DNA of 64,000 bases from an uncultured Candidatus Saccharibacteria bacterium (GTDB lineage: Bacteria > Patescibacteriota > Minisyncoccia > Phycocordibacterales > DATDWN01), in contig CAZTQY010000001.1 in the NCBI GenBank assembly GCA_964616425.1, positions 23,008 through 87,007 of the forward strand, written 5' to 3'. The notes under the pieces were generated by a model. It saw only the letters and a program-made list of their open reading frames with translations. It was not told where the DNA came from and did no database searches. Made by a program: the position numbers and the translations under genes. Below are positions 39,159-48,802 of the stretch, in pieces (position 1 is the first letter of the stretch; every line of letters begins with the position of its first letter).

Positions 39159-39608
39159 CTACTTAGTGATATGAAATGATAGCTTATAGTCCCTTGTTTC
39201 AATCTGTTTTTTACTAGTATTAACTGGTTTAACATCTGTCATTGATATTTTATATATTCCAAAGACTATAGGTTTTGAATCAGAAGAAATTTCCTTTGCT
39301 TCACTTGTTTTTCCAGCAGAAAAATTCACCTGTGCACGCACTCTGCCAGCCTGAATACAGACTACATCAACTGGACATCTAGAATCTTCTAAAATTTTAT
39401 TTAAGACCAAATTAAAATCTCCAACATTTTTACTTTCACCGACTTTCAAAGTTAGATCTAAAGGAAAAGAAATACTAACGGACGTCGTTGTATTTTTAAC
39501 TCTTTCAAACTTAGAGCCTAAACAAAAAGCCAGCCAAAAAGTGCCGACAAAAACTACAATCGCGAGTAATTTTGAATACCATGTAACTCTGTTCCATTCT
39601 ATGCTCAT
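39159..39608 (-). CDS. Hypothetical membrane-anchored protein with DSRCP..CIQAG motif
   Basis: N-terminal TM and paired Cys motif. Confidence 0.7.
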   Translation of the reverse strand: MSIEWNRVTWYSKLLAIVVFVGTFWLAFCLGSKFERVKNTTTSVSISFPLDLTLKVGESKNVGDFNLVLNKILEDSRCPVDVVCIQAGRVRAQVNFSAGKTSEAKEISSDSKPIVFGIYKISMTDVKPVNTSKKQIETRDYKLSFHITK

Positions 39609-39730
39609 ATACTGAAATTATATGATAAATAAAAGTCTAATCCAACGCATAATAGATAAATGTGGATAAGTCAGTTTTCTTAGGTATTGACGTATTTTAA
39701 AAATACTTTATAATTTATACAGGAGGGTCA

Positions 39731-39976
39731 ATGAACGCTAATGGGTACCACCAACACGGAGAACTCCTCTTCCGTATGGCAAGAGGAAAGCCCGTAGAGG
39801 TCAAGGCCGGTGATTCGATCATCATGATCGACCAAACCGTCATGAAAGACGGTGTAGTCGTAAAGGTGACCGCAATTCACCTACCCTGTGCCGAACGTGG
39901 ACTGCACGTTCTGGACCTCTTCGTTCCAAGGAGACGCATGGTGGTGAGAGCCACCATACACGAGGTCAGTCACTAG
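39731..39976 (+). CDS. Small hypothetical protein (GC-rich)
   Basis: TTGACG-N16-TATAAT (39687-39714), AGGAGG SD, terminator hairpin 39994-40024. Confidence 0.65.
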   Translation: MNANGYHQHGELLFRMARGKPVEVKAGDSIIMIDQTVMKDGVVVKVTAIHLPCAERGLHVLDLFVPRRRMVVRATIHEVSH

Positions 39977-40026
39977 GATGACCCCGAAAAACTGAAGGAG
40001 GCCCAAAACACCGTGGCCTCCTTTTC

Positions 40027-41316
40027 TTATTTAAGTGGTGGAACTCCAGCTCGTATTTTTAATGCATCAATAAGAGAAGTTGAATTAAACTCTGAACTTA
40101 GTTGAGTCTTCCAATCCTTATCTGTTGTTTTTACATTTGGATCAACACCCAAACCTTCTATCGACTGGTTATCGTCTCGCAAAGTTATACTATTTACCAA
40201 AAGCAAAGTGTACTTAACACTTGGATCAATAACAGTTTCTATAGGATAAGTGTTTTCAACAGTTCCCCATCCACGAGTGTTTGTTCCAACAGTCTTTGCC
40301 AAATGAAGTCTTTTAAATGTTGCCGCTGTTAGTTCTGCGGTTGACTGTGTCATATTATCAGTAAGTATTGCGATTTCTTTGTATCTGTCTAAAAGCGAAT
40401 ACTTTGGCTGAACGGTTCTCTGAACTTGGTAATCTCCCTGATGGAAAAGGTCAAAGGCGTACTGATTTGGGCCAACAAAAATTCCAAGAAAATTTTGAAG
40501 AAAATCTAGAGAACCTCCAACATTTCCACGAAAATCAATTATCATACTATTTAGTTTTGGTGTGGTTGAAGCTCCATCAATTGCATACGCAAACTCACCA
40601 AAAGTTGTCGGCGATATTTTACTAACATACAAATACAGAGTGTTACCTATTTTGTGGGTAAAAATCGTTGGTTCAATGCCTGCTTGATCATAAAGAGTTT
40701 TACTTTGTGGGTTGGTTAAAACATTTTTTGTATAGGCCAGCTGTTCTCTTTCAGCCTTTGCTTCGGGTGAAGTAGAAGCCTTTAACTCTGTGTCTTTTTT
40801 GTCATAAGCCTTTACTACATCCTCTGACGAAGCCCCCTTTTCTAGACCAAGATTTTGATAAAGATTTTTTGTTGTATCGATGTTTGCAACATTTTGTCTG
40901 AGTGCAGTTTCCTGTTGCGTTGAGAGCATCCCGTTTCTACCGACTGGCTGTAGATTATACAAAGTTACTATTGCGGTGTTCAGAGCGATATTTCTTTTAG
41001 CTTCTGTTGATGTAGCCTCATTTATTGCTACTGAAAGCATTTGTGCCACCCCTTCACGTGTAGTTGTAGAGAGAACAAATGTTTTGCCGACTGTTTTTTC
41101 CAAAGCTAATTTATAAAAATTATTCAGATCATACTGTGTATGTGGAGCCCAGTAGTTCAAAAGTATAGAATCATAAACTTCCATATCAAAACGAACAAAA
41201 TCATCTGACTCATATACAGTTTTGTACAAAACACTTTCTGTATTTTTATGATTCTTATAATAAAAACCAAAACTTAACAAACCAACAATAAAAATAATAG
41301 ATAAAAGTTTTTTCAT
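40027..41316 (-). CDS. S41-family peptidase-like protein with a J-domain-like insert
   Basis: IIDFRGNVGG, TQSTAE, GLGVDPNV; LYQNLGLEKGASSEDVVKAY. Confidence 0.7.
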   Translation of the reverse strand: MKKLLSIIFIVGLLSFGFYYKNHKNTESVLYKTVYESDDFVRFDMEVYDSILLNYWAPHTQYDLNNFYKLALEKTVGKTFVLSTTTREGVAQMLSVAINEATSTEAKRNIALNTAIVTLYNLQPVGRNGMLSTQQETALRQNVANIDTTKNLYQNLGLEKGASSEDVVKAYDKKDTELKASTSPEAKAEREQLAYTKNVLTNPQSKTLYDQAGIEPTIFTHKIGNTLYLYVSKISPTTFGEFAYAIDGASTTPKLNSMIIDFRGNVGGSLDFLQNFLGIFVGPNQYAFDLFHQGDYQVQRTVQPKYSLLDRYKEIAILTDNMTQSTAELTAATFKRLHLAKTVGTNTRGWGTVENTYPIETVIDPSVKYTLLLVNSITLRDDNQSIEGLGVDPNVKTTDKDWKTQLSSEFNSTSLIDALKIRAGVPPLK

Positions 41317-41504
41317 CTTATATTTTCATCCAATATTTAAAATATAAATAAATCAAAACAAGGAGCACTAATAAAATACTAAACAAAACAATATAATATT
41401 TTGAATGATGGCGAATAGACATATAACTATTATAAATGTTTTGATGCTGTTTGCAAAAAGACCACCTGTTAGAGTGGTCTTTTTTTCTGTCATGAAGCAG
41501 AGAA

Positions 41505-41891
41505 TCAAGCGTTGATCAGACGTTGGCGCTGGAAAGCGAACTCCTCCATCAGTCGCACGAGCGACCTCTTGAAAGAATTGCCTTTGCTTGCTTTGGTGAC
41601 AAACCCGTTGAACGGGTGCTTGGGCTGTTCCTTCATGGTGAACATGCCAAAGCTCAACACGACGAGCTTGCTGTTGATGGATTTCATCTTGTCCGCGAAC
41701 TTGCGATCAGACTCAGATGTTCCAACGACCAGCAATTGAAGAGTGTTCTCCGTAGTCACTCTGCAAGCCTCCTCCTCATTGCTCGTCACGATGTAGTCTT
41801 CGCTCGACACCACGTCTGAGTGAGAAAGATCCTCCTTCAACCTCTCGACCAGTTCTTCTGAAAGCTGGTAAATAACAATCGCTGGCGACAT
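41505..41891 (-). CDS. Degenerate receiver (CheY-like) domain protein, GC-rich
   Basis: GGAGG SD before ATG 41891; alpha/beta pattern with LLVVG in place of the phospho-Asp strand and GFVTK. Confidence 0.5.
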   Translation of the reverse strand: MSPAIVIYQLSEELVERLKEDLSHSDVVSSEDYIVTSNEEEACRVTTENTLQLLVVGTSESDRKFADKMKSINSKLVVLSFGMFTMKEQPKHPFNGFVTKASKGNSFKRSLVRLMEEFAFQRQRLINA

Positions 41892-41948
41892 GACCACCTC
41901 CTTTGAAAAAATACCACACACATCATGAAGGCCTAATTAATTCTAACT

Positions 41949-42422
41949 TTATCCTTTCTGAAAAATCTCGAAATCATTCAAATCTTCGTTTGGACCAGCT
42001 GGGATTAAGTTCAATTTTGCTGGCTTACCATTCCAAGTTGCTTTTATAATCGCCCCTTCTGATGCTTTAAAATCAATTTTGAATCTTTCTGTTGTTAGAA
42101 CCTGAGCACACATTTCACCTTGAGTAGTTGCAGTAAACTCAAGTGTAACTTGTTCAGGCAAAGACTCTGAAACAACCGCCCTTGTGTCCAAAGCATAACA
42201 AGGAGTTGGCAGGTTTACTTCCCCTGCGACAATATGACTACCGCTTTTAAATTGATGTTTTGCTGTTATATCTGGAATATTTTCAGTCTCCTCACCCTTT
42301 ACCTCTGGAACTGGTTCAGATGAATTATGAAATTTTACCCAACCCCAAGTACCAGCTACCACGAGAAAGAGGACAATAATAATACCCCATATAACACCCT
42401 TGTTCATTCCTTCATTTTCCAT
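41949..42422 (-). CDS. Hypothetical membrane-anchored protein
   Basis: N-terminal TM; LPTPC...MCAQV cysteine pair. Confidence 0.7.
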   Translation of the reverse strand: MENEGMNKGVIWGIIIVLFLVVAGTWGWVKFHNSSEPVPEVKGEETENIPDITAKHQFKSGSHIVAGEVNLPTPCYALDTRAVVSESLPEQVTLEFTATTQGEMCAQVLTTERFKIDFKASEGAIIKATWNGKPAKLNLIPAGPNEDLNDFEIFQKG

Positions 42423-42486
42423 ATGTTTTTTGTTAGTTAGTAATCTGCACTATATTATACCCTGAAACACGTAAATAAATTACAAT

Positions 42487-43314
42487 CTACAAATTAACCT
42501 TTTCTACCTTTATATCTTTACCAAAAAATTTACTGCCCAGTTTTTGGAATTTATCTGAATGGTCTGTTGTACAAAACCTAATTTTTTTACCCTTTGATAT
42601 TTTGTTTTCAATCTCAGAGTGTCTATTTAAATAATCCAAAAGCTTATTTGGGACAACCCTGGCCTCAGATATTATTTTTACATCTTTTCCAACTATCTTT
42701 TTAATTTTATTTTCCAAAATACCATAATGAGTGCACCCCAAAACCAAAGTATCTACTTTTTTGTCTACAAGTGGCTTCAGATACTGCTCTAAAATATTTT
42801 TTGTGGACAATTTATTTACTTCACCCAACTCAACTATAGGTACAAGTAACGGACAGGCTTTTTGAAAAACTTTTATTTTAGAATCAACTTTCCTAAACTC
42901 ATCTAGAAATGCCTTCGACTCAACACTCGCTTCAGTTGCGATAACTCCAACTCTTTTATTTTTTGTCTTTATACCAGCGTCTTCAACAGCTGGAATCAAA
43001 ACACCCAAAACTCTTTTGTTTGGGTATTTCTTTGGAAGATATTTTTGCTGAATAATACGCAAAGCTTCACTAGAAGCAGTGTTGCAAGCAAATATAATAA
43101 TTTCACAGCCTTCTTTGAACAAAAAATCCACCGCCTGTTTTGAGAACTTAAGTATTACTTCTTGAGACCTATTTCCATATGGAGCGCGTGCGCTGTCACC
43201 CAAATACACATAATCGTAATCTGGTAATTTTTTAACTATTCCCTTCAAAATATCTAAACCACCAAAACCAGAATCAAAAACACCAATAGATTTAGACTTC
43301 TGACTACCGGCCAT
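42487..43314 (-). CDS. murI: Glutamate racemase
   Basis: IGVFDSGFGG, ACNTAS and LGCTHY motifs. Confidence 0.97.
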   Translation of the reverse strand: MAGSQKSKSIGVFDSGFGGLDILKGIVKKLPDYDYVYLGDSARAPYGNRSQEVILKFSKQAVDFLFKEGCEIIIFACNTASSEALRIIQQKYLPKKYPNKRVLGVLIPAVEDAGIKTKNKRVGVIATEASVESKAFLDEFRKVDSKIKVFQKACPLLVPIVELGEVNKLSTKNILEQYLKPLVDKKVDTLVLGCTHYGILENKIKKIVGKDVKIISEARVVPNKLLDYLNRHSEIENKISKGKKIRFCTTDHSDKFQKLGSKFFGKDIKVEKVNL

Positions 43315-43315
43315 A

Positions 43316-43867
43316 CTAATACTCGATGTTTATAGGAAAAGATATTGAAGCATCTTTTTCAGACATACCAGATGGGTTGTCTTTCTCAAAGACTAAAGTA
43401 GCTGGACCAATATATGAATCTGGAACTTTCAGATCTATTTTGAAATTAACAAAATCAGTTGTCATCCAATCACTCTGTGCTTGTGCTGGACCCTGAGCCA
43501 AGACATTGCCGTCTTTATCTAAAACTTTAACAGGAAATGATGCTTCAAAATACCAAGTACCTCTAGCTTTGCCAGTTACAGAAAAATCTTTACCCGTAAC
43601 TGCTCCTGGGAACGGCAACTCTGGAACTATATCGTTTGTTGTTGCATTATTGTATGTGATTTTCTCTGGTATCTCCTCTGCAAACAACCTTCCGTCTGGA
43701 GTTCGACACTGTCTAGGATAACTCTCCATAACTGGATAATACTTTCCGCAATCCTCAAAAGATTTGATTTGAGACAAATCCACTTTTTTGGATCGACTAA
43801 AACTCAACCAACCAATAGCAATAACAACGATTAATATAAATATATACAGGAAATTTTTGTTTTTCAT
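43316..43867 (-). CDS. Gmad2 immunoglobulin-like domain protein
   Basis: GKARGTWYFEASFPV and KDNPSG motifs; SFEDC...YPRQC N-terminal module. Confidence 0.75.
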   Translation of the reverse strand: MKNKNFLYIFILIVVIAIGWLSFSRSKKVDLSQIKSFEDCGKYYPVMESYPRQCRTPDGRLFAEEIPEKITYNNATTNDIVPELPFPGAVTGKDFSVTGKARGTWYFEASFPVKVLDKDGNVLAQGPAQAQSDWMTTDFVNFKIDLKVPDSYIGPATLVFEKDNPSGMSEKDASISFPINIEY

Positions 43868-43906
43868 ATTTAGTCGTATTATACCATCGAAACTAGCTAG
43901 TCAAAA

Positions 43907-44686
43907 CTATCTACCACCATACCCTCGACCTCCCCTCATCGCACCATTTCCATACATCATCCCACCAGTTTCTGTATCAGAGAGTATTATCTGGTTATAA
44001 TCTTGTTTCGAAATATATTTTGGTTCATATACAACACCTAGAGAACTTAACTGTGATGCAAATGCTCGCAAATGGTTTCTCGAACCACGATTTAAATTCT
44101 CATAAACCATTTTAATATCTTGGTTATCAGTTTTTGCAACATATTTATCCAAGTCGCTGATATCAAGATCTTCTATAGTTGCACCGACAGTCAGTGCATC
44201 CTCTCTAGATGTCAGGCCTTTGTTCACTAAACTCGTATACAAATTTTTCAAATCTGAATTTACAAATACTCCAACAGTATCATCAACGACTGGATCAGTA
44301 ATGTTGTATTTTACCAACAAAGCTTTTACTGCATCTGTGTGAGTCTGCTCACTTTGAGAAATATTTGAGAAAATTTGCATTCCCCACTTTTTATACAAAG
44401 TTGTGTACACATCACGAGCAAGTTTTTCTTCCTCACGCATATACAGCAAACCCACTTTTTCATCTGCGGATATTTCCTGGTTAGGTAGATTTGTAATCTC
44501 TGAATTCATAGTCAGATAACCTACAGAATTCACCTTATTACCAGACCAAGTATTTTTAATAAACCTTGACTCTGCACCGTCATAAAACGACAAACCAACA
44601 ACAGCAACCACCAACAAAACACCCAAAACTATCAGTGTAGTTTTCATATAGTTAATTATTAGCTTATACACCATTAGTACACCCAC
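43907..44686 (-). CDS. DUF2202 ferritin-like protein
   Basis: MREEEKLARDVY, SEQTH, IEDLDI, GSRNHLRAF. Confidence 0.85.
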   Translation of the reverse strand: MGVLMVYKLIINYMKTTLIVLGVLLVVAVVGLSFYDGAESRFIKNTWSGNKVNSVGYLTMNSEITNLPNQEISADEKVGLLYMREEEKLARDVYTTLYKKWGMQIFSNISQSEQTHTDAVKALLVKYNITDPVVDDTVGVFVNSDLKNLYTSLVNKGLTSREDALTVGATIEDLDISDLDKYVAKTDNQDIKMVYENLNRGSRNHLRAFASQLSSLGVVYEPKYISKQDYNQIILSDTETGGMMYGNGAMRGGRGYGGR

Positions 44687-44783
44687 AAAAGTGGTTTTAT
44701 AACATACAGAGAAAACTATAGATATCTGATATTTGTCAGATAAAAAATTCGCTCCACCCCGCCAATGTTCAAATATTTAACTA

Positions 44784-46535
44784 TTATCCAAAAGTAAATG
44801 TAAATGCTTGTAATCCAGCTTTTGGTATTACGATTCGGAGTGTGTGTTTTCCATAATCAGAACCTTGGATAAGTGGGTAAAGCGTCTCATCTTTAATCAA
44901 GATTTTTTTAATAAATACATCATCTTTATATATTTCAACTTCAACCCCTTCTACTGATCCTGCCGCAATATATACATTCTTTGCTTCATATTTAAAAACA
45001 ATACTTCCAGCACTTTTGTTTTCAGCATACTCTGGTGTCATATTCCATGTTCCTCCAAGATAAAGTCCATTAAAAGTAACGGAAGAAGGAACAGATAAAT
45101 TTTGTTCGCCTGACCGAAGGGCATTACCATTTGCGAGATATTGGTTTCTAGATGATCCAAAATACACCTCAGGGCTTTTAACTTTAGTCGAATCGACTGG
45201 GATAACATCCAAAGGATTTGTAATCGTCGTCGAAACCTTGTCCTCCATACCCATGCGGGAAGCGCGTTCTTTAAGAGCCTCTTGGATTGCCTTTTCAGTC
45301 TCCTCATAATTTCCTTCACCAATATGGTCATAGACAATATATCCATCTATATCTATTAGATATTTACGTGGCCAATACTGGTTACCAAGTTCACTCCATG
45401 TTGAATAATCATTGTCCAAAACAACTGGGTATTTGATACCAAATTTTTCTACAGCCTTCTCAACATTTGATTGAATTTTTTCAAATGCAAATTCTGGTGT
45501 ATGAAGACCAACCACCACAAGCCCTTGATCTTTGTATTTCTCATACCATTTATTTATATACGGCAAAGTTCGCTGGCAGTTAATACAGCTATATGTCCAG
45601 ATATCTAGTAGCACCACCTTACCTTTTAACTCTGCTAACGTAATCGGTTTACCTTCTGTGTTTACATAACCGTCGATGGAACTCAATTCTGGAACCTTTT
45701 TGTATTTTAATCTTTTCTGCTCAACTGTTAGATACAAATCGGAATCTGTATTCATAGAACTTTCTTTTGCTACTTCCTTTGTTGATTTATTGTTTGAACT
45801 ATCACTCTTTTGCAAAAGGCTTTGTTCGATTTTTGTTACATCAAACAGCCCGGCATCAAGAAGAAATATTTGAGTTTTTTTGTCGAACCCTCCTATGATA
45901 GCAATACCAACAATCAAAAAGACGACGCCGAGTGTTTTTTTGAACCATCCATTCGGATCTGCTACAACTCCAAGCTTATTCATTATCTTTTGTCCAACAA
46001 CAGAAATAATCAGAAGAGAAAGACAAAGGCCAACAGTGTATGCAAGTAAATAAGTCAAACCGAGAAATAAATTACTTGGTAGAACTGTCGCCAAAACAAT
46101 AAAGTAAGTTGGACTACAAGTAGAAAAAACCGGCCCAAGTGAAGCCCCCACAATGACATCACCGAGAAAACTCTTTTTTTGATCACCTCTACCTAAAAGA
46201 ATATTTGATTTTGCACTAAGCTGTGCAGTAAATTGGTTTTCCCATATGGATGGGAAAATAGTAATCAGTCCAAGAAACAATACAATACCTCCAGAAATCC
46301 ACTTCCATACGTATTCTGGAATATCAATAAAGAGTGTGCTCGCTTTTAGCAACAGGGTAAAAACAATAACCGATACTCCCAGAGATAGAATGACAGTAAA
46401 AGCTTTCTTCTTATTGAATACTGAAACACCTCCATCAAATAACGTACCCCCCACTATTACTGGCAAAAGTGGCAGAATACAAGGAGCAAGTACAGTCAAA
46501 ACTCCAGCGATAAATGAAATAAAAAGTAATAACAT
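44784..46535 (-). CDS. DipZ-like protein (CcdA/DsbD membrane domain plus thioredoxin domain)
   Basis: LAPCILPLLP, WTYSCINC, HTPEFAFE, NQYWP. Confidence 0.88.
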   Translation of the reverse strand: MLLLFISFIAGVLTVLAPCILPLLPVIVGGTLFDGGVSVFNKKKAFTVILSLGVSVIVFTLLLKASTLFIDIPEYVWKWISGGIVLFLGLITIFPSIWENQFTAQLSAKSNILLGRGDQKKSFLGDVIVGASLGPVFSTCSPTYFIVLATVLPSNLFLGLTYLLAYTVGLCLSLLIISVVGQKIMNKLGVVADPNGWFKKTLGVVFLIVGIAIIGGFDKKTQIFLLDAGLFDVTKIEQSLLQKSDSSNNKSTKEVAKESSMNTDSDLYLTVEQKRLKYKKVPELSSIDGYVNTEGKPITLAELKGKVVLLDIWTYSCINCQRTLPYINKWYEKYKDQGLVVVGLHTPEFAFEKIQSNVEKAVEKFGIKYPVVLDNDYSTWSELGNQYWPRKYLIDIDGYIVYDHIGEGNYEETEKAIQEALKERASRMGMEDKVSTTITNPLDVIPVDSTKVKSPEVYFGSSRNQYLANGNALRSGEQNLSVPSSVTFNGLYLGGTWNMTPEYAENKSAGSIVFKYEAKNVYIAAGSVEGVEVEIYKDDVFIKKILIKDETLYPLIQGSDYGKHTLRIVIPKAGLQAFTFTFG

Positions 46536-46536
46536 G

Positions 46537-47061
46537 TTATTTAATTTCTGCTACAAGCGAAGCGAGAGTAGGGCTACCACTCCATTTTTTAATAAGGTTT
46601 CCATTCTTATCAACTTGTACAAAAGTATGCTGGTATGTAACACCATATTTCTGTTTTAATGCAGTTGAGTTGTCATAATTTACATCAAGGATTGTTACAT
46701 CAGATGGCATTTTACCCAAGTTTGCTTTAATATCAGCATCTACAACTCGACAGGTTGGACACCAACTTGCTCTAAAGAAAAGAACAACGTTGTGTTCGGC
46801 ATTTGCCATCGCTATCTTTTCTGGAGAATATGCCTCGTATGATCCAGCTTTCATCATTGAATCATCTGTGCTTGTCATGCTTGTATCGTCTTGTTTCATC
46901 ATGGCTTTTTCTTCTGTGTTTTTTGTAGATTCCATAGAATCTTTGCCTACCGACTCTTTCAGCATCATTGCCTGATCACCTTTTTTATTTGAAAAGTATA
47001 CTCCTCCAACAATAACCAAAATAACTGCAAACCCTATTATAATTCCTGTACTTTTATTCAT
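46537..47061 (-). CDS. Membrane-anchored thioredoxin family protein
   Basis: ASWCPTC and YGVTYQHT motifs. Confidence 0.9.
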   Translation of the reverse strand: MNKSTGIIIGFAVILVIVGGVYFSNKKGDQAMMLKESVGKDSMESTKNTEEKAMMKQDDTSMTSTDDSMMKAGSYEAYSPEKIAMANAEHNVVLFFRASWCPTCRVVDADIKANLGKMPSDVTILDVNYDNSTALKQKYGVTYQHTFVQVDKNGNLIKKWSGSPTLASLVAEIK

Positions 47062-47112
47062 AAATATTATTAGTATTAATTTTTAATATGTATTAAGTAT
47101 ATAAAATGTGAA

Positions 47113-47142
47113 ATACCATGTAAAGTAGACTTTACATGGTAT
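47113..47142. promoter_or_regulatory. Palindromic operator-like site (GTAAAG-N4-CTTTAC core)
   Basis: ataccatgtaaagt-ag-actttacatggtat; same core at 47775-47790. Confidence 0.6.
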
Positions 47143-47168
47143 ACGTGGATAAATATTAGCTTTAACTG

Positions 47169-47531
47169 CTACAGATTCCTATCACTCCAGATGCGTGTAG
47201 CGATTTTTGCTATCACCATCACAATAAGTGTTATAACAAGCCACTCATCAACACTATGAGTATATCCCTGAACAATAATCCCAAGTATCAATGAAGCAGA
47301 CCCAGCAAGAAAAGCGTTTCTTCCAGCTAGCACCTTGTGTTGATCGTCTCGTTCATCTATAGACTTTTCTCTGAGAATAAAACTAGCAAATATACCGAAC
47401 AGAACCAGTATACAAGCGAGCATACTCACCATCATCATGTTCGGCATCCAGAAATGAAATGGATTTAAAAGTAACACGGCAATAGCAATGAGCCCAAAGG
47501 TTACGACTGTTTCTTTAATATTATTTTTCAT
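47169..47531 (-). CDS. Small multi-TM protein (DUF2178-like)
   Basis: DERD motif between TM helices; overlaps the HTH gene. Confidence 0.7.
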   Translation of the reverse strand: MKNNIKETVVTFGLIAIAVLLLNPFHFWMPNMMMVSMLACILVLFGIFASFILREKSIDERDDQHKVLAGRNAFLAGSASLILGIIVQGYTHSVDEWLVITLIVMVIAKIATRIWSDRNL

Positions 47532-47733
47532 AAGAGATTTTAAAAATTTTCTCGACTGGCATCTTGAAAAAACCAGCGATTTTAAGTGCTAGTAAAATTG
47601 ATGGTGTGTAATTACCTTTTTCCAGAGCGATGATGGTTTGACGACTAACATTTACCTTTGTCGCCAAATCTTCCTGCGTCACACCGCTTTCTGTGCGAAA
47701 CTTACTTACTTCATTTTTAATACGTTCTGCCAT
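47521..47733 (-). CDS. XRE/Cro-family transcriptional regulator
   Basis: TQEDLATKVNVSRQTIIALEKGNYTPS. Confidence 0.93.
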   Translation of the reverse strand: MAERIKNEVSKFRTESGVTQEDLATKVNVSRQTIIALEKGNYTPSILLALKIAGFFKMPVEKIFKISYEK

Positions 47734-47774
47734 ACATTTGGATGTAGGTGATTATATATTTCTAATTTAGGAAT

Positions 47775-47790
47775 GTAAAGTTGTCTTTAC
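47775..47790. promoter_or_regulatory. Second GTAAAG-N4-CTTTAC site upstream of the XRE gene
   Basis: gtaaag-ttgt-ctttac. Confidence 0.55.
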
Positions 47791-47885
47791 TACATAAATA
47801 TTCTACAAGAGTGGTTTTATAACATTTTGAAAATAAGAAATAGTAATTATAAACTAATATTAACAGTCTGTACGAAGTTCGAACT

Positions 47886-48299
47886 TTATTGAGATAGAAA
47901 AGGGATGATAGTTTTAGGGAGTATCTTAACATTTAAAATGTTTGATGTCTCAATCCACTTAAAATCAATATGAGACTCTTGTGATTCAGTTTTGGTATCT
48001 TTATTAATCTCAGCATCAAAAATCATATTTACTTCAGCATGAGGCTCTAAACCATCATCATCAGTATAAAAGTGCTCAAGATAACCTTTAAATTTAAAAC
48101 TTTTAATATCCTTTTCTGTCCACCCCAACTCCTCTGCCGTTTCTTTATAAATTGTCTTTTCAAAAGTATCTAGAAACTCCACATGACCGCCAGGAAGAAA
48201 ATAATTGTTATTTTTTTTATTAAAACAAAGTAATACTTTGTTTTCTCTCTTAATCACTAATCTTACAATTAATTCAACTACACCTTTATATTTATTCAT
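47886..48299 (-). CDS. NUDIX hydrolase
   Basis: LPGGHVEFLDTFEKTIYKETAEELG. Confidence 0.85.
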   Translation of the reverse strand: MNKYKGVVELIVRLVIKRENKVLLCFNKKNNNYFLPGGHVEFLDTFEKTIYKETAEELGWTEKDIKSFKFKGYLEHFYTDDDGLEPHAEVNMIFDAEINKDTKTESQESHIDFKWIETSNILNVKILPKTIIPFLSQ

Positions 48300-48303
48300 A
48301 CAC

Positions 48304-48801
48304 TTAATTTTTATTTATATTTTTAAACATTTCCAAAGCTCTTGCCATGATTCTATCTCCGATTTCACCCCAGTCAAAATATTGTTTGTAGTTTTTTGGA
48401 TCAATTAATTTTATTTCAGTTATACTTCCATCTGGATCAGAAATGAAATCTCCATAAGGCTTCACTATGCAAAGATAGCGTAATTGATTGAATATGTTTC
48501 CGCTAAAGTGAACTTCCTGATACCCAATTGGAACGAAATGAACGATCTCCATATTTGATTCCTCTTTAACCTCCCTTTTTAAACACTCCTCAAAATTTTC
48601 TCCTTCTTCAATAGTTCCACCCGGGAGAACCCAGTGATTACCTTTACTGCTATAGACAATAATTATTTTATCCTCAAAAAAACAAACGCCGTATGCCTGA
48701 GTTACTTTCTTATCTAAAAGATGCTCAAACGAATCAGCATCTTCATATGTAACTTCTGCTAGTTTGCCTTCCTTATCAACGAATTGAGATTTTATTTGCA
48801 T
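48304..48801 (-). CDS. NUDIX hydrolase
   Basis: LPGGTIEEGENFEECLKREVKEES. Confidence 0.9.
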   Translation of the reverse strand: MQIKSQFVDKEGKLAEVTYEDADSFEHLLDKKVTQAYGVCFFEDKIIIVYSSKGNHWVLPGGTIEEGENFEECLKREVKEESNMEIVHFVPIGYQEVHFSGNIFNQLRYLCIVKPYGDFISDPDGSITEIKLIDPKNYKQYFDWGEIGDRIMARALEMFKNINKN

Positions 48802-48802
48802 A

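Noticed and set aside
39661-39669. DnaA-box-like TGTGGATAA (also near 51112)
   Set aside because: Isolated single boxes with no cluster or dnaA nearby, so no origin call
41844-41865. Possible self-target of unit 34631-34684: ctcgaccag (8/9 to one spacer), 4-nt gap, tctgaaagc (9/9 to the other)
   Set aside because: Order and gap do not fit the expected contiguous spacerA + revcomp(spacerB) geometry, and with 42 short spacers a chance hit is plausible; worth rechecking in a systematic search
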